A program made the translations under genes and the position numbers. This document shows, one piece after another, positions 1 to 7,367 of a DNA stretch of 15,842 nt (positions within the stretch are counted from its first letter, which is position 1; each line of letters starts with the position of its first letter). The DNA is from Myxococcales bacterium (lineage in GTDB: Bacteria > Myxococcota > Myxococcia > Myxococcales > Anaeromyxobacteraceae), in assembly GCA_038320275.1 (NCBI GenBank), contig JBBQEB010000086.1, positions 1 to 15,842 on the forward strand, written 5' to 3'. Below the pieces are notes generated by a model. The model made no database searches and was not told where the DNA came from. It saw only the letters and a list, made by a program, of their open reading frames with translations.

Positions 1-1448
1 AGCTCGGCCTGCAAAGCCTCCCGCTCGCCCGTGAGGGCCCCGATCCGCCCGTCGCGGTCGGCAAGCGCCGCGCGTGCGCCCGCCCGCTCCACCTCGAGCT
101 GCGCGAGGAGGGCCGTGGCCCTCGCTTCCGATTCCTCGCGCCGTGCGAGCGCCTCGCGGGCCGCCCCCGCCGCGGCCTCCTCCAGGTTCTGGAGCTGCGT
201 CTCCACGGCCCGCCGGCCGGCGGCCGCCTCCTCCAGCCGCGCCTCGTGCCGCCGGAGGGCCTCCTCGCCCTCGGCCCGCGCCTCCGCCAGCGCGCGCTCG
301 ACCCCTGCCAGCTCCGCATCGCGCGCGGCGGCCGCCTCCTGCAGCTCCTGCTCGCGCGCGTCGAAGCGCTCCGCCTCCGCCTGGACGCGGCGCTCCAGGC
401 GGCCGATCTCCTCGGCCGCGCCGTCGAGCGCCGACTTCCGCCGGGCGAGCTCCTCCTCGCGGAGGCGCACCTCGCGCTCGAGGTCGTGCACCCGCGCCTC
501 GTGCCCCGCCACGGCCTCGATGAGCTCCTTCTCCTGCGTGAACTTCTCGAGGAGGAGCCGCTGGATGGCCTCGCCGTGCTCGCGCTCCTTGCGGTGGGCG
601 AGGTCGCGGGCCTGCTCCAGCTTGCGCAGGAGGTCTTCCGTGCCGAGCCGGGACTTCTGGAGCTCGACCTCCTTGGCGTGGAGCCGGTCGTCTCCAGCGG
701 CGACGTCGCGCTCGCGGACCTCCCAGATCTCCGCCATGCGCGCGACCTGCGCCTCGCGCGCTTTCAGGTCCTCGCGCAGCACCTGGAGCTTGCCCTCGGG
801 CGTGCCGAGGAGCTCCCGGGGCACCGGCGCCCGGGGGCGGCGCGACTCGGCGACGAGGTCGGCGCGCCGCTCGTGGATCGACCCGAACACGCGGGCCAGA
901 AAGGTGCGGTCCTCGTCGGTGATGGCGCTCCGGCGGGCGCGCCTGGGCACCGGCGGCGGCTGAGGCTCCTCGAAGACGTAGTCCGGGCGGCCCGAGGACT
1001 GCTCCGCAGGACCGGCGCTCTCGCGGGGCTGCCGATCCTCCTCCACCAGGATCGCGTCGTCGGCCGACTCGGGGCCGTCGTTCGCCACCAGCCCTCCGGC
1101 CAGGTCGAGGAGCGCGGAGGTGTCGAGGGGCATGAGGAGGTATCCATCGGCGGCTGCCGCGGAGCGCGCGTGCTGGGCGAGCGCGTCGTGGGTAGCGTCG
1201 GAGGAGAAGATGACGGCCGGGAGGCGCCCCCCCTCGCGCCGGAGGCGTCCGCACAGGGAGAAGCCGGAGAGATCGGGCAGCTCCGCCCGGATGAGGACGA
1301 GGTCCGGCCGGCGCGCGGAGACCTCCCGCTCGGCCTCGCCGGCGCTGGGCGCCACCGCGGTGGAGTAGCCTTCGTCCGTGAAGAGGGACGCGAGCGAGAG
1401 GGCGAAGTCGCTGTCGGGCTCGACGATGAGGACGCGCTTGGAGGTCAT
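1..1448 (-). CDS. aglZ: AglZ-like gliding motility protein (N-terminal pseudo-receiver domain plus long coiled coil); 3' end lies outside the window
   Basis: Not in the ORF track because it has no stop inside the window. Manual translation from ATG at 1448 gives MTSKRVLIVEPDSDFALSLASLFTDEGYSTAVAPSAGEAEREVSARRPDLVLIRAELPDLSGFSLCGRL...LAQH...AADGYLLMP, then RRSAITDEDRTFLARVFGSI...LLGTPEGKLQVLREDLKAREAQVARMAEIWEVRER...KEREHGEAIQRLLLEKFTQEKELIE and an E/R/A/L-rich heptad region. These blocks match Myxococcus xanthus AglZ as I recall it (RRPDLVVLRAEL, GTPEGKIQILRDELK, KEREHG). Confidence 0.88.
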   Translation of the reverse strand, partial: MTSKRVLIVEPDSDFALSLASLFTDEGYSTAVAPSAGEAEREVSARRPDLVLIRAELPDLSGFSLCGRLRREGGRLPAVIFSSDATHDALAQHARSAAAADGYLLMPLDTSALLDLAGGLVANDGPESADDAILVEEDRQPRESAGPAEQSSGRPDYVFEEPQPPPVPRRARRSAITDEDRTFLARVFGSIHERRADLVAESRRPRAPVPRELLGTPEGKLQVLREDLKAREAQVARMAEIWEVRERDVAAGDDRLHAKEVELQKSRLGTEDLLRKLEQARDLAHRKEREHGEAIQRLLLEKFTQEKELIEAVAGHEARVHDLEREVRLREEELARRKSALDGAAEEIGRLERRVQAEAERFDAREQELQEAAAARDAELAGVERALAEARAEGEEALRRHEARLEEAAAGRRAVETQLQNLEEAAAGAAREALARREESEARATALLAQLEVERAGARAALADRDGRIGALTGEREALQAE

Positions 1449-1478
1449 GGGGGTGGGCGGAAGCTCCCGCCTCCCGCG

Positions 1479-1484
1479 AGTGTA
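1479..1484 (-). promoter_or_regulatory. Possible sigma70-type -10 hexamer (TACACT) upstream of aglZ
   Basis: TACACT fits TAnnnT and lies 30 nt upstream of the aglZ ATG in the short, relatively AT-rich moxR-aglZ gap. No convincing -35 was seen. Confidence 0.35.
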
Positions 1485-1504
1485 GTCTCGGGTTTGTCCC
1501 GTAT

Positions 1505-2437
1505 CTAGGCGTCGGTGCGCGCTGCCGCCGCCGCCGTCGCGATCTCGTGCAGCCTGGGGCGGGCCTTGTCCACGTCCACCTCGTACTTGAGGACGAGGTC
1601 GAGGGTCTCCGACACGACCCTGGCGTCCAGCACCTCCGCGCCCATCAGCACCAGGGCGCGCACCCAGTCGAGCGTCTCCGAGATGGAGGGCGCCTTCTTC
1701 AGGTCGAGCCCGCGCAGCCCCGCCACCGCGGCCACCGCCTGGCGCGCCAGCTCCGGCCCCGCCTCCGGCGCGCGCGCCCTCACGATGGCGAGCTCGCGCT
1801 CGACGGTGGGGTAGCCGAGGTGCAGGTGTAGGCAGCGCCGCCGGAGCGCGTCGGAGAGGTCGCGCGCCGCGTTGGAGGTGAGGACCACCCGCGGCACGTG
1901 CTTCGCCTGGAAGGTGCCGAGCTCGGGGATGGTCACCGCGTAATCGGCCAGCACCTCCAAGAGGAATGCCTCCAGCTCCGGGTCGGCCTTGTCGATCTCG
2001 TCCACCAGAAGGAGCGCGGGCACCTCGCTCGTCACCGCCTGCAGGATGGGCCTGGGCAGAAGAAAGCGCTCGCTGAAGAAGACGTTTCCCTGGGTGGCGA
2101 TTCGCTCGACCGCCTCGGCCAGGGTACCCGCGCCGGACAGCGCCTCGCCGATCCGGTCGCGCAGGAGCTGGGTGTAGAGAAGTTGCTTGGCGTACTCCCA
2201 TTCGTACAGGGCCTTCGCCTCGTCCAGCCCCTCGTAGCACTGCAGCCGCAGCAGCTTGCGGCCGCTGGCAGCCGCGAAGGCACGGGCGAGCTCGGTCTTG
2301 CCCACCCCGGCCGGACCCTCCACCAGCATGGGCTTCTCGAGCCGGTCGGCGAGGAAGACGGCCGTGGCGATCTCCCGGGACGGCAGGTAGCCGGCCCGCT
2401 CCAGGCCTGATGCGGCGGCTTCGACCGTCTGGAACAT
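1505..2437 (-). CDS. MoxR-family AAA+ ATPase (CoxD-like subfamily)
   Basis: Walker A GPAGVGKT, RLQCYEGLDEAKALYEW motif, Walker B LLVDEIDKAD, sensor/arginine finger TSNAARDLSDALRRRC, C-terminal LKKAPSISETLDW. Likely start is ATG 2437 (MFQTVEAA, 310 aa); the ORF-track extension to 2521 looks non-conserved. Confidence 0.9.
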   Translation of the reverse strand: MFQTVEAAASGLERAGYLPSREIATAVFLADRLEKPMLVEGPAGVGKTELARAFAAASGRKLLRLQCYEGLDEAKALYEWEYAKQLLYTQLLRDRIGEALSGAGTLAEAVERIATQGNVFFSERFLLPRPILQAVTSEVPALLLVDEIDKADPELEAFLLEVLADYAVTIPELGTFQAKHVPRVVLTSNAARDLSDALRRRCLHLHLGYPTVERELAIVRARAPEAGPELARQAVAAVAGLRGLDLKKAPSISETLDWVRALVLMGAEVLDARVVSETLDLVLKYEVDVDKARPRLHEIATAAAAARTDA

Positions 2438-2639
2438 GCGCGAGATGTAATCCAGCGGTGCGTGGCCGGCGTTCGCCCCCACCTCGCTCCGGCGCCGCAG
2501 CGGGTCACGAGGCTGGGGCAACGATGACAGGGCGGTGTGCGGGCGACCCAGGTCTAACGGGTGTCATCGGGAGCGGGGACGCGCGAAATACGGCCCGTCG
2601 GACACTTCCGCCCGGCTCATGCGCGCTGGCATGTCGTTT

Positions 2640-2940
2640 GTAATCAGAGCCTCTCGAGTCCCACCGGAGGCCGACCACGGTTCACCCGCCGCGAAGCTCC
2701 AGCCTGAAACTCGATTCGCGGGTTACCACCTCCCGTTTCACGTCCAAGTCGATCCTGGCCGGATGATCGACTCCCCCCACCGTCGCGAACCCCGAGGGGT
2801 GACCGACGGCAGCGTACCCAGGGCGACATCGCCCGAAGCTGATGAGGCCGCCGAGAGGTGGCCTCTCGCTTTTCGAGAGGGCGGAGGCTTCGGCAACGGG
2901 TTTCGCCCGTCCCTCCGACGCCGAAGTAGCGGTTGCCATG
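2640..2940. ncRNA. Candidate structured non-coding RNA or structured leader (family unidentified)
   Basis: About seven closely spaced inverted repeats in a lower-GC intergenic stretch (see findings). I could not assign it to tRNA, tmRNA, RNase P, SRP, 6S or a known riboswitch. Confidence 0.4.
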
Positions 2941-2968
2941 TGAGCGCGCGTTGCCCACCCTTGCCCCC

Positions 2969-4060
2969 ATGAACGACCCTTCGGTTGCCGGCACGCCCGG
3001 CGAGAGCGGCGCTGGCGTGGAGTGGGGCGTGTTCGAGGCCCTCGCGGCGCGGTTCCGGGCTGGGGAGCTCTCCTCGGGGCCGCCGGCGCAGGACCTCGAA
3101 GGGCTGCGGCCTGGCGACCTGGCGCCCTGGCCCGAGCCCGGCTCACCCGGACGCGAGGAGGCCAAGAGGCTGGGCGCGGAGGCGCTCCGCCGCGGCGAGG
3201 TGGCGAGCGTGGTGGTGGCGGGGGGCGCCGGAACGCGCTTCGGGGGCGGGGTGAAGGGGCTCGTGCCGGTGCTCGGCGACCGCACCTTCCTCGACCTCAA
3301 GCTCGCCGACGCCCGCCGGGCGAACGCCCCTGTGGCGGTGATGACGTCGGCGCTCACCCACGCCGAGGTGGTGGCGCATCTCGCGCGGGTTGGCGCGGGT
3401 GACACCATCGTCTTCCAGCAGCGCATGCTTCCCCGGCTCACCCCGTCCGGTGAGGTCTACCAGGGACCGGACGGCAAGCCCTCGCTGGCGCCGGCCGGCC
3501 ACGGCGACTTCTACCGGGCCTTGCGCGAGAGCGGGGCGGGCGAAGCGCTCCGCAGCCGGGGCGTGCGCGACATCCTCTTCTCGAACGTCGACAACCTCGC
3601 CGCCACGCTCGATCCGGTCGCGGTGGGGCTGCACCTCCGGCTGGGCGCCGCCATGACGGTCGAGGTCACCTCGCGGACGAGCCCCTCGGGCGCCCTCGAC
3701 GCAGGGGCGGCGCCGGTGCGCGCCGGCGGCCGGCTGCAGCTCGTGGAGAAGGTCGACCCCGCGAAGCACCCGCTCATCTCGACGAACAACATCCATTTCC
3801 GGCTGGCTCCGCTCCTCGATCTGCACGTCGATCTGCCCTGGCGCGCCGTGACGAAGGAGCTGGACGGCGCGACGGTGGTCCAGCTCGAGCAGGTGACGGC
3901 GGAGGCCACCGGGCTCCGTGGCGAGGGAGGCGCGCCGCTGCTCCAGGTCACGTTCGTGGAGGTCCCCCGCGCGGACGGGGGGACCAGCCGCTTCGAGCCG
4001 GTGAAGGCGCGCGAGGATCTCGCGCGCGTGGCGGAGCGGCTCCGCGCCCGGTTCCCGTGA
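2969..4060 (+). CDS. UTP--sugar-1-phosphate uridylyltransferase of the eukaryote-type UDPGP family (UGPase / UDP-GlcNAc pyrophosphorylase-like)
   Basis: Nucleotide-binding loop [43 protein letters not shown] and C-terminal RFEPVK are motifs of the UDPGP family rather than of bacterial GalU. Start taken as ATG 2969 (363 aa). Confidence 0.85.
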   Translation: MNDPSVAGTPGESGAGVEWGVFEALAARFRAGELSSGPPAQDLEGLRPGDLAPWPEPGSPGREEAKRLGAEALRRGEVASVVVAGGAGTRFGGGVKGLVPVLGDRTFLDLKLADARRANAPVAVMTSALTHAEVVAHLARVGAGDTIVFQQRMLPRLTPSGEVYQGPDGKPSLAPAGHGDFYRALRESGAGEALRSRGVRDILFSNVDNLAATLDPVAVGLHLRLGAAMTVEVTSRTSPSGALDAGAAPVRAGGRLQLVEKVDPAKHPLISTNNIHFRLAPLLDLHVDLPWRAVTKELDGATVVQLEQVTAEATGLRGEGGAPLLQVTFVEVPRADGGTSRFEPVKAREDLARVAERLRARFP

Positions 4061-4162
4061 CGCGCGAACGCGCGCCCGGTTGACTCCGGAGGCGCGCGGC
4101 AGGGCTCGACAGATGAACGCCGCGCGCCGCGCGCGAGCGTGCCGCCGGCGCCTCCCTGGCGC

Positions 4163-4168
4163 TACATT
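4163..4168 (+). promoter_or_regulatory. Probable -10 hexamer (TACATT) 6 nt upstream of the pilT-like ATG; leaderless-transcript geometry
   Basis: Sequence gcTACATTgacgcgATG, with no Shine-Dalgarno sequence before ATG 4175. Confidence 0.45.
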
Positions 4169-4174
4169 GACGCG

Positions 4175-5293
4175 ATGGAAGTCCAGGCGGCCGGCCCGCT
4201 CAGCGTGGAGATGTTCCACTCGTTCCTCCAGCTCGCGGTGAAGCGGCAGGCGAGCGACGTGCACTTCGAGGTGGGCTACCCGCCCACCTACCGCGTGTTC
4301 GGCGAGCTCCTCGCAGCGCGATATCCGCCCCTCACGCCGGAGGACACCGAGGCTGCCGCCAACCTCGTGCTGCAGGCGCCCGGCTCGGGCTTCACGCCCC
4401 TCGACTTCCGCGAGGTGGACCGCAGCTATTCCCTGCCGGGCGTGAGCCGCTTCCGCGCGAGCGTCTTCAAGCAGCGCGGGAGCTGGGGGCTCGTCCTCCG
4501 CACGGTGCCCTTCGCCCTGCCGGACCTGCAGGCGCTGAACCTGCCGCCGGTGGTCGAGACGGTGTCGAACGCACGGCGCGGCCTCGTGCTCGTCACCGGG
4601 GCCACCGGCAACGGGAAGTCCACCACCATCGCCGCCATGCTGAACCACATTCTCCAGCGGGAGCGGCTCCACGTCATCACGGTGGAGGACCCCATCGAGT
4701 TCGTGTTCGCGGGCGGCAAGGGGCTCGTCATCCAGCGCGAGGTCGGCACCGACACGGCCAGCTACGCGGACGCGCTCCGCGCGGCGCTCCGGCAGGATCC
4801 CGACGTCATCATGGTGGGCGAGCTGCGCGACCGCGACGCCGCCGACATCTGCCTCAAGGCCGCCGAGACCGGGCACCTCGTCGTGGCGTCCCTCCACACG
4901 CCCGACGTGGTGAGGACGGTGGGGCGCATCGTGGGCCTCTTCCCGGCCGAGGAGGCGGAGGCGGTGCGGAGCCGGCTCGCCGATAGCCTGCAGGCCATCC
5001 TTGCGTTGCGACTCCTCCTGCGCGCGGATGCGGCGGGGCTCATCCCGGCGGTGGAGGCGCTGCTCGCCACCTCCACGGTGCGCGAGATCGTGCGCGACCG
5101 ATCCCGCGCCGGCGAGCTCACCGGATACATGGAGACGGCCGGCGCGGACCTCGGGATGCACTCCTTCGACGGCTACCTCTACAAGCTGCACGAGGCGAAG
5201 CGGATCTCCCTCGACACCGCCCTCGGAAACGCCACCCACCGCGCGGATCTGGAAAGGCGGCTGCTCATGGAGACGGGGAGCCGCGGAGCGTGA
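4175..5293 (+). CDS. pilT: PilT/PilU-family type IV pilus retraction ATPase (PilT paralog)
   Basis: ASDVHF, RFRASVFKQRG, Walker A GATGNGKST, Asp box TVEDPIE, QREVG.DT, Walker B LRQDPDVIMVGELRD, His box AAETGHLVVASLH, GMHSFD. Start taken as ATG 4175 (372 aa). The AIRNLIRE motif is diverged to TVREIVRD. Confidence 0.88.
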   Translation: MEVQAAGPLSVEMFHSFLQLAVKRQASDVHFEVGYPPTYRVFGELLAARYPPLTPEDTEAAANLVLQAPGSGFTPLDFREVDRSYSLPGVSRFRASVFKQRGSWGLVLRTVPFALPDLQALNLPPVVETVSNARRGLVLVTGATGNGKSTTIAAMLNHILQRERLHVITVEDPIEFVFAGGKGLVIQREVGTDTASYADALRAALRQDPDVIMVGELRDRDAADICLKAAETGHLVVASLHTPDVVRTVGRIVGLFPAEEAEAVRSRLADSLQAILALRLLLRADAAGLIPAVEALLATSTVREIVRDRSRAGELTGYMETAGADLGMHSFDGYLYKLHEAKRISLDTALGNATHRADLERRLLMETGSRGA

Positions 5294-6225
5294 GCCCGAG
5301 CGGCTCCGCGGGCGCCGGGCGCGCCATCGTGGTCGGGCACGATCCCGAGCTCGCGGCGGCGCTCCACCTCGAGCTGCGGGCGGCCGGCTGGGAGCTCGTG
5401 TTCGCGCCGGAACCCGATGGGCTCGAGGAGCTCCTCGACGCGGCCCCTGCCAGCACCGTCGTGCTCCTCCTTCCGGCGGCGCCCGATGCGAGCTGGGGCA
5501 CTGCGCTCATGGCCTGCGCCTCCGCGGCGGGGACGGGGCTGCGCGTGCTGATGATCGCCCCGGAGCCGGACGTGGTCTGGCCGCTGGCGGCCGTGGCCGG
5601 GGCCGAGACCGTGCTCTCGCGGGCCGAGGCCCTCGCCCGCCCCGGCGCGCTCTTCCAGCATGCGCCCGGGCTCCTGCCGCTGGCGCCCCCTCCGCGCGCG
5701 CCGCCCTCCGCGCCTCCGGCTCGCTCCTACCGCACGCCTCCGGCGCTCCCGACGGCGTCTCTCTCCGCGCCAGCGCTGGGAGGCCCCTCGGCCGGCGCCG
5801 GCACTACCGGCCGGCATGGCAACACTCGACCCGCGATCAGCCTGGCGCTCCTCATCGACGAGGAGCTGGTGGATGAGCCGAGGAACCGCCCCCGGCCGAC
5901 GCGCGTGGAGGTGGACGTGAGCCTCGTCTCCGAGCACCACTTCTACGTGGGAGCGACGCGCCGGGTGGACTCCGGGGGGCTCTTCATCGCCACCGCCCTC
6001 GCGCCGCCGGTCGGCACCAGCGTGCAGGTGAGGCTCGGGCTCGCCGATGGTCGCAAGCTCGAGCTGCAGGGGGAGGTCACCTTCGTCCGCGAGAAGGGCG
6101 CCCTGGGCGGGCGCCAGCCCGCCGGGTGCGGCGTGCAGCTGCACGGGCTGCCGAGCTGGGCGGGGGAGTCGATCGCGCGATTCCTGCAGGCGCGACCACC
6201 GATGGTCTGGTCGCCGGGGAGATAG
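5290..6225 (+). CDS. Protein with a degenerate receiver-like N-terminus, a Pro/Ala linker and a C-terminal myxobacterial PilZ-like (TIGR02266-type) domain
   Basis: The GTG start overlaps the pilT stop (GTGA 5290-5293). The C-terminus RVEVDVSLVSEHHFYVG...SGGLFIAT...PPVGTSVQVRLGL...GEVTFVRE...GCGVQL...IARFLQARPPM fits TIGR02266/PilZ. The N-terminus AIVVGHDPELAAALHLELRAAGWELV has receiver-like beta-alpha patterning. Confidence 0.72.
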   Translation: MSPSGSAGAGRAIVVGHDPELAAALHLELRAAGWELVFAPEPDGLEELLDAAPASTVVLLLPAAPDASWGTALMACASAAGTGLRVLMIAPEPDVVWPLAAVAGAETVLSRAEALARPGALFQHAPGLLPLAPPPRAPPSAPPARSYRTPPALPTASLSAPALGGPSAGAGTTGRHGNTRPAISLALLIDEELVDEPRNRPRPTRVEVDVSLVSEHHFYVGATRRVDSGGLFIATALAPPVGTSVQVRLGLADGRKLELQGEVTFVREKGALGGRQPAGCGVQLHGLPSWAGESIARFLQARPPMVWSPGR

Positions 6226-6228
6226 GTC

Positions 6229-7348
6229 CTACTCGTCGACCACCCGGTCCGTCCGCCGAACGCCCAGGAGGTAGGGCTGGATGAAGCCCTCCAGGTCGCC
6301 GTCCAGGACCTCGTCCACCTTGCCCGTCTCCACCCCGGTGCGCAGGTCCTTGACCATCCGGTACGGCGCCAGCACGTAGCTGCGGATCTGCGACCCGAAG
6401 TTGATGTCCTTCTTGGCGGCCTCGTCCGCGTCGCGCACCACCTGCCGCTTCTTCTCCTCGTAGTCGTACAGGCGCGAGCGCAGGATCTTCCAGGCCATGT
6501 TGCGGTTCTTCTGCTGACTCCGCTCGTTCTGCATGGCGACCACGATGCCTGTGGGCAGGTGCGTCATGCGCACCGCCGAGTCGGTCTTGTTGACCTTCTG
6601 GCCGCCCGCCCCGGAGGAGCGGTAGGTGTCGATGCGGACGTCGCCTTCCTTGATGTCGATGACGATGTCGTCGTCGATCTCGGGCGTGACGTCCACCGCC
6701 GCGAAGCTCGTCTGGCGCCGCGCGTTCTGGTCGAAGGGGCTGATGCGGACGAGCCGGTGCACCCCGCGCTCCGCCTTGAGGAAGCCGTAGGCGTGGTCGC
6801 CTCGCGCGAAGAAGGACGCCGAGGAGATGCCCGCCTCCTCTCCCGCCACGAGGTCGGCCGGCTCCACCTCCCAGCCCTTCCGCTCGCAGAAGCGCGTGTA
6901 CATCCGGTAGAGCATCGCCGCCCAGTCCATCGCCTCGATCCCGCCAGCGCCGCTCTTCACCTCCACGATGGCGGCGGCGCTGTCGTGGGGACCGGAGAGC
7001 ATGCGTCCGAGCTCGAGCTTCTCGACGAGCCTCTCCACCCCATCCACGCCCTCGGCGGCCTCTGCGCGGGCGCCCTCGTCGCGCGCTTCCTCGGCGAGCT
7101 CGTGCAGCGCGCTCGCGTCGTCCAGCGCGCGGGACGCGCCGGCGAAGGCCGACACCCCCGTCTCGGCCCCTGCCTTCTCCTTCAGGAGCGCCTGGGCCTT
7201 CGCGTTGTCCGTCCAGAAGCCGGGATCCTCCGAGAGCCGCGCGATCTCCGCGGAGCGCCGGCGTTTGCGCTCGACGTCAAAGCGACCCCCGGAGCGCCTC
7301 GAGGCGCTGGGCGAGGTCCTGGATGCGCTCGGCGGTCGTCCCTGCCAT
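6229..7348 (-). CDS. prfB: Peptide chain release factor 2, expressed through a programmed +1 frameshift (join 7348..7280, 7278..6229; 372 aa)
   Basis: GGQ motif (YRSSGAGGQKVNKTDSAVR), RF2 SPF motif (RLVRISPFD), GSQIRSYVL. Short frame-0 ORF MAGTTAERIQDLAQRLEALRGSL ends at CTT TGA C and continues in +1 as DVERKRRRS. Confidence 0.97.
7276..7290 (-). promoter_or_regulatory. prfB +1 frameshift cassette (internal SD-like GGGGG, TCG, slippery CTT TGA C)
   Basis: The minus strand reads CGGGGG TCG CTT TGA C, matching the E. coli cassette AGGGGG TAT CTT TGA C in spacing. Confidence 0.95.
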
Positions 7349-7367
7349 GGCGGTGCGGTGCTCCAGT

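Noticed and set aside
2717..2730. T-box-like GGTGGTAACCCGCG on the minus strand
   Set aside because: Two insertions relative to GGTGGNACCGCG, no terminator, no recognisable stem I, and the downstream gene is not amino-acid related.
2654..2864. Hammerhead ribozyme: CTGATGA (2839-2845) followed by a GNRA hairpin, plus TCGAGTC (2654-2660) and GAAACTCGA (2706-2714) resembling stem III with a GUC site
   Set aside because: The pieces are in an order that fits no hammerhead permutation. The hairpin after CTGATGA is not followed by GAAA, and no stem I can form.
2891..2937. SAM-I-like words (GGAGGGACGGGCGAAACCCG, minus) and c-di-GMP-I-like words (TAGCGGTTGCC, plus)
   Set aside because: Only fragments. 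The other conserved cores (ATC-AGAG, GCAACC and GTGC for SAM-I; GGCAAAC...GAAA...GACGCAAA for GEMM) are not present in the right order.
2535..2972. 145-aa plus-strand ORF and overlapping minus-strand ORFs in the intergenic region
   Set aside because: No recognisable motif or SD, and they lack the strong GC3 bias of the real genes.
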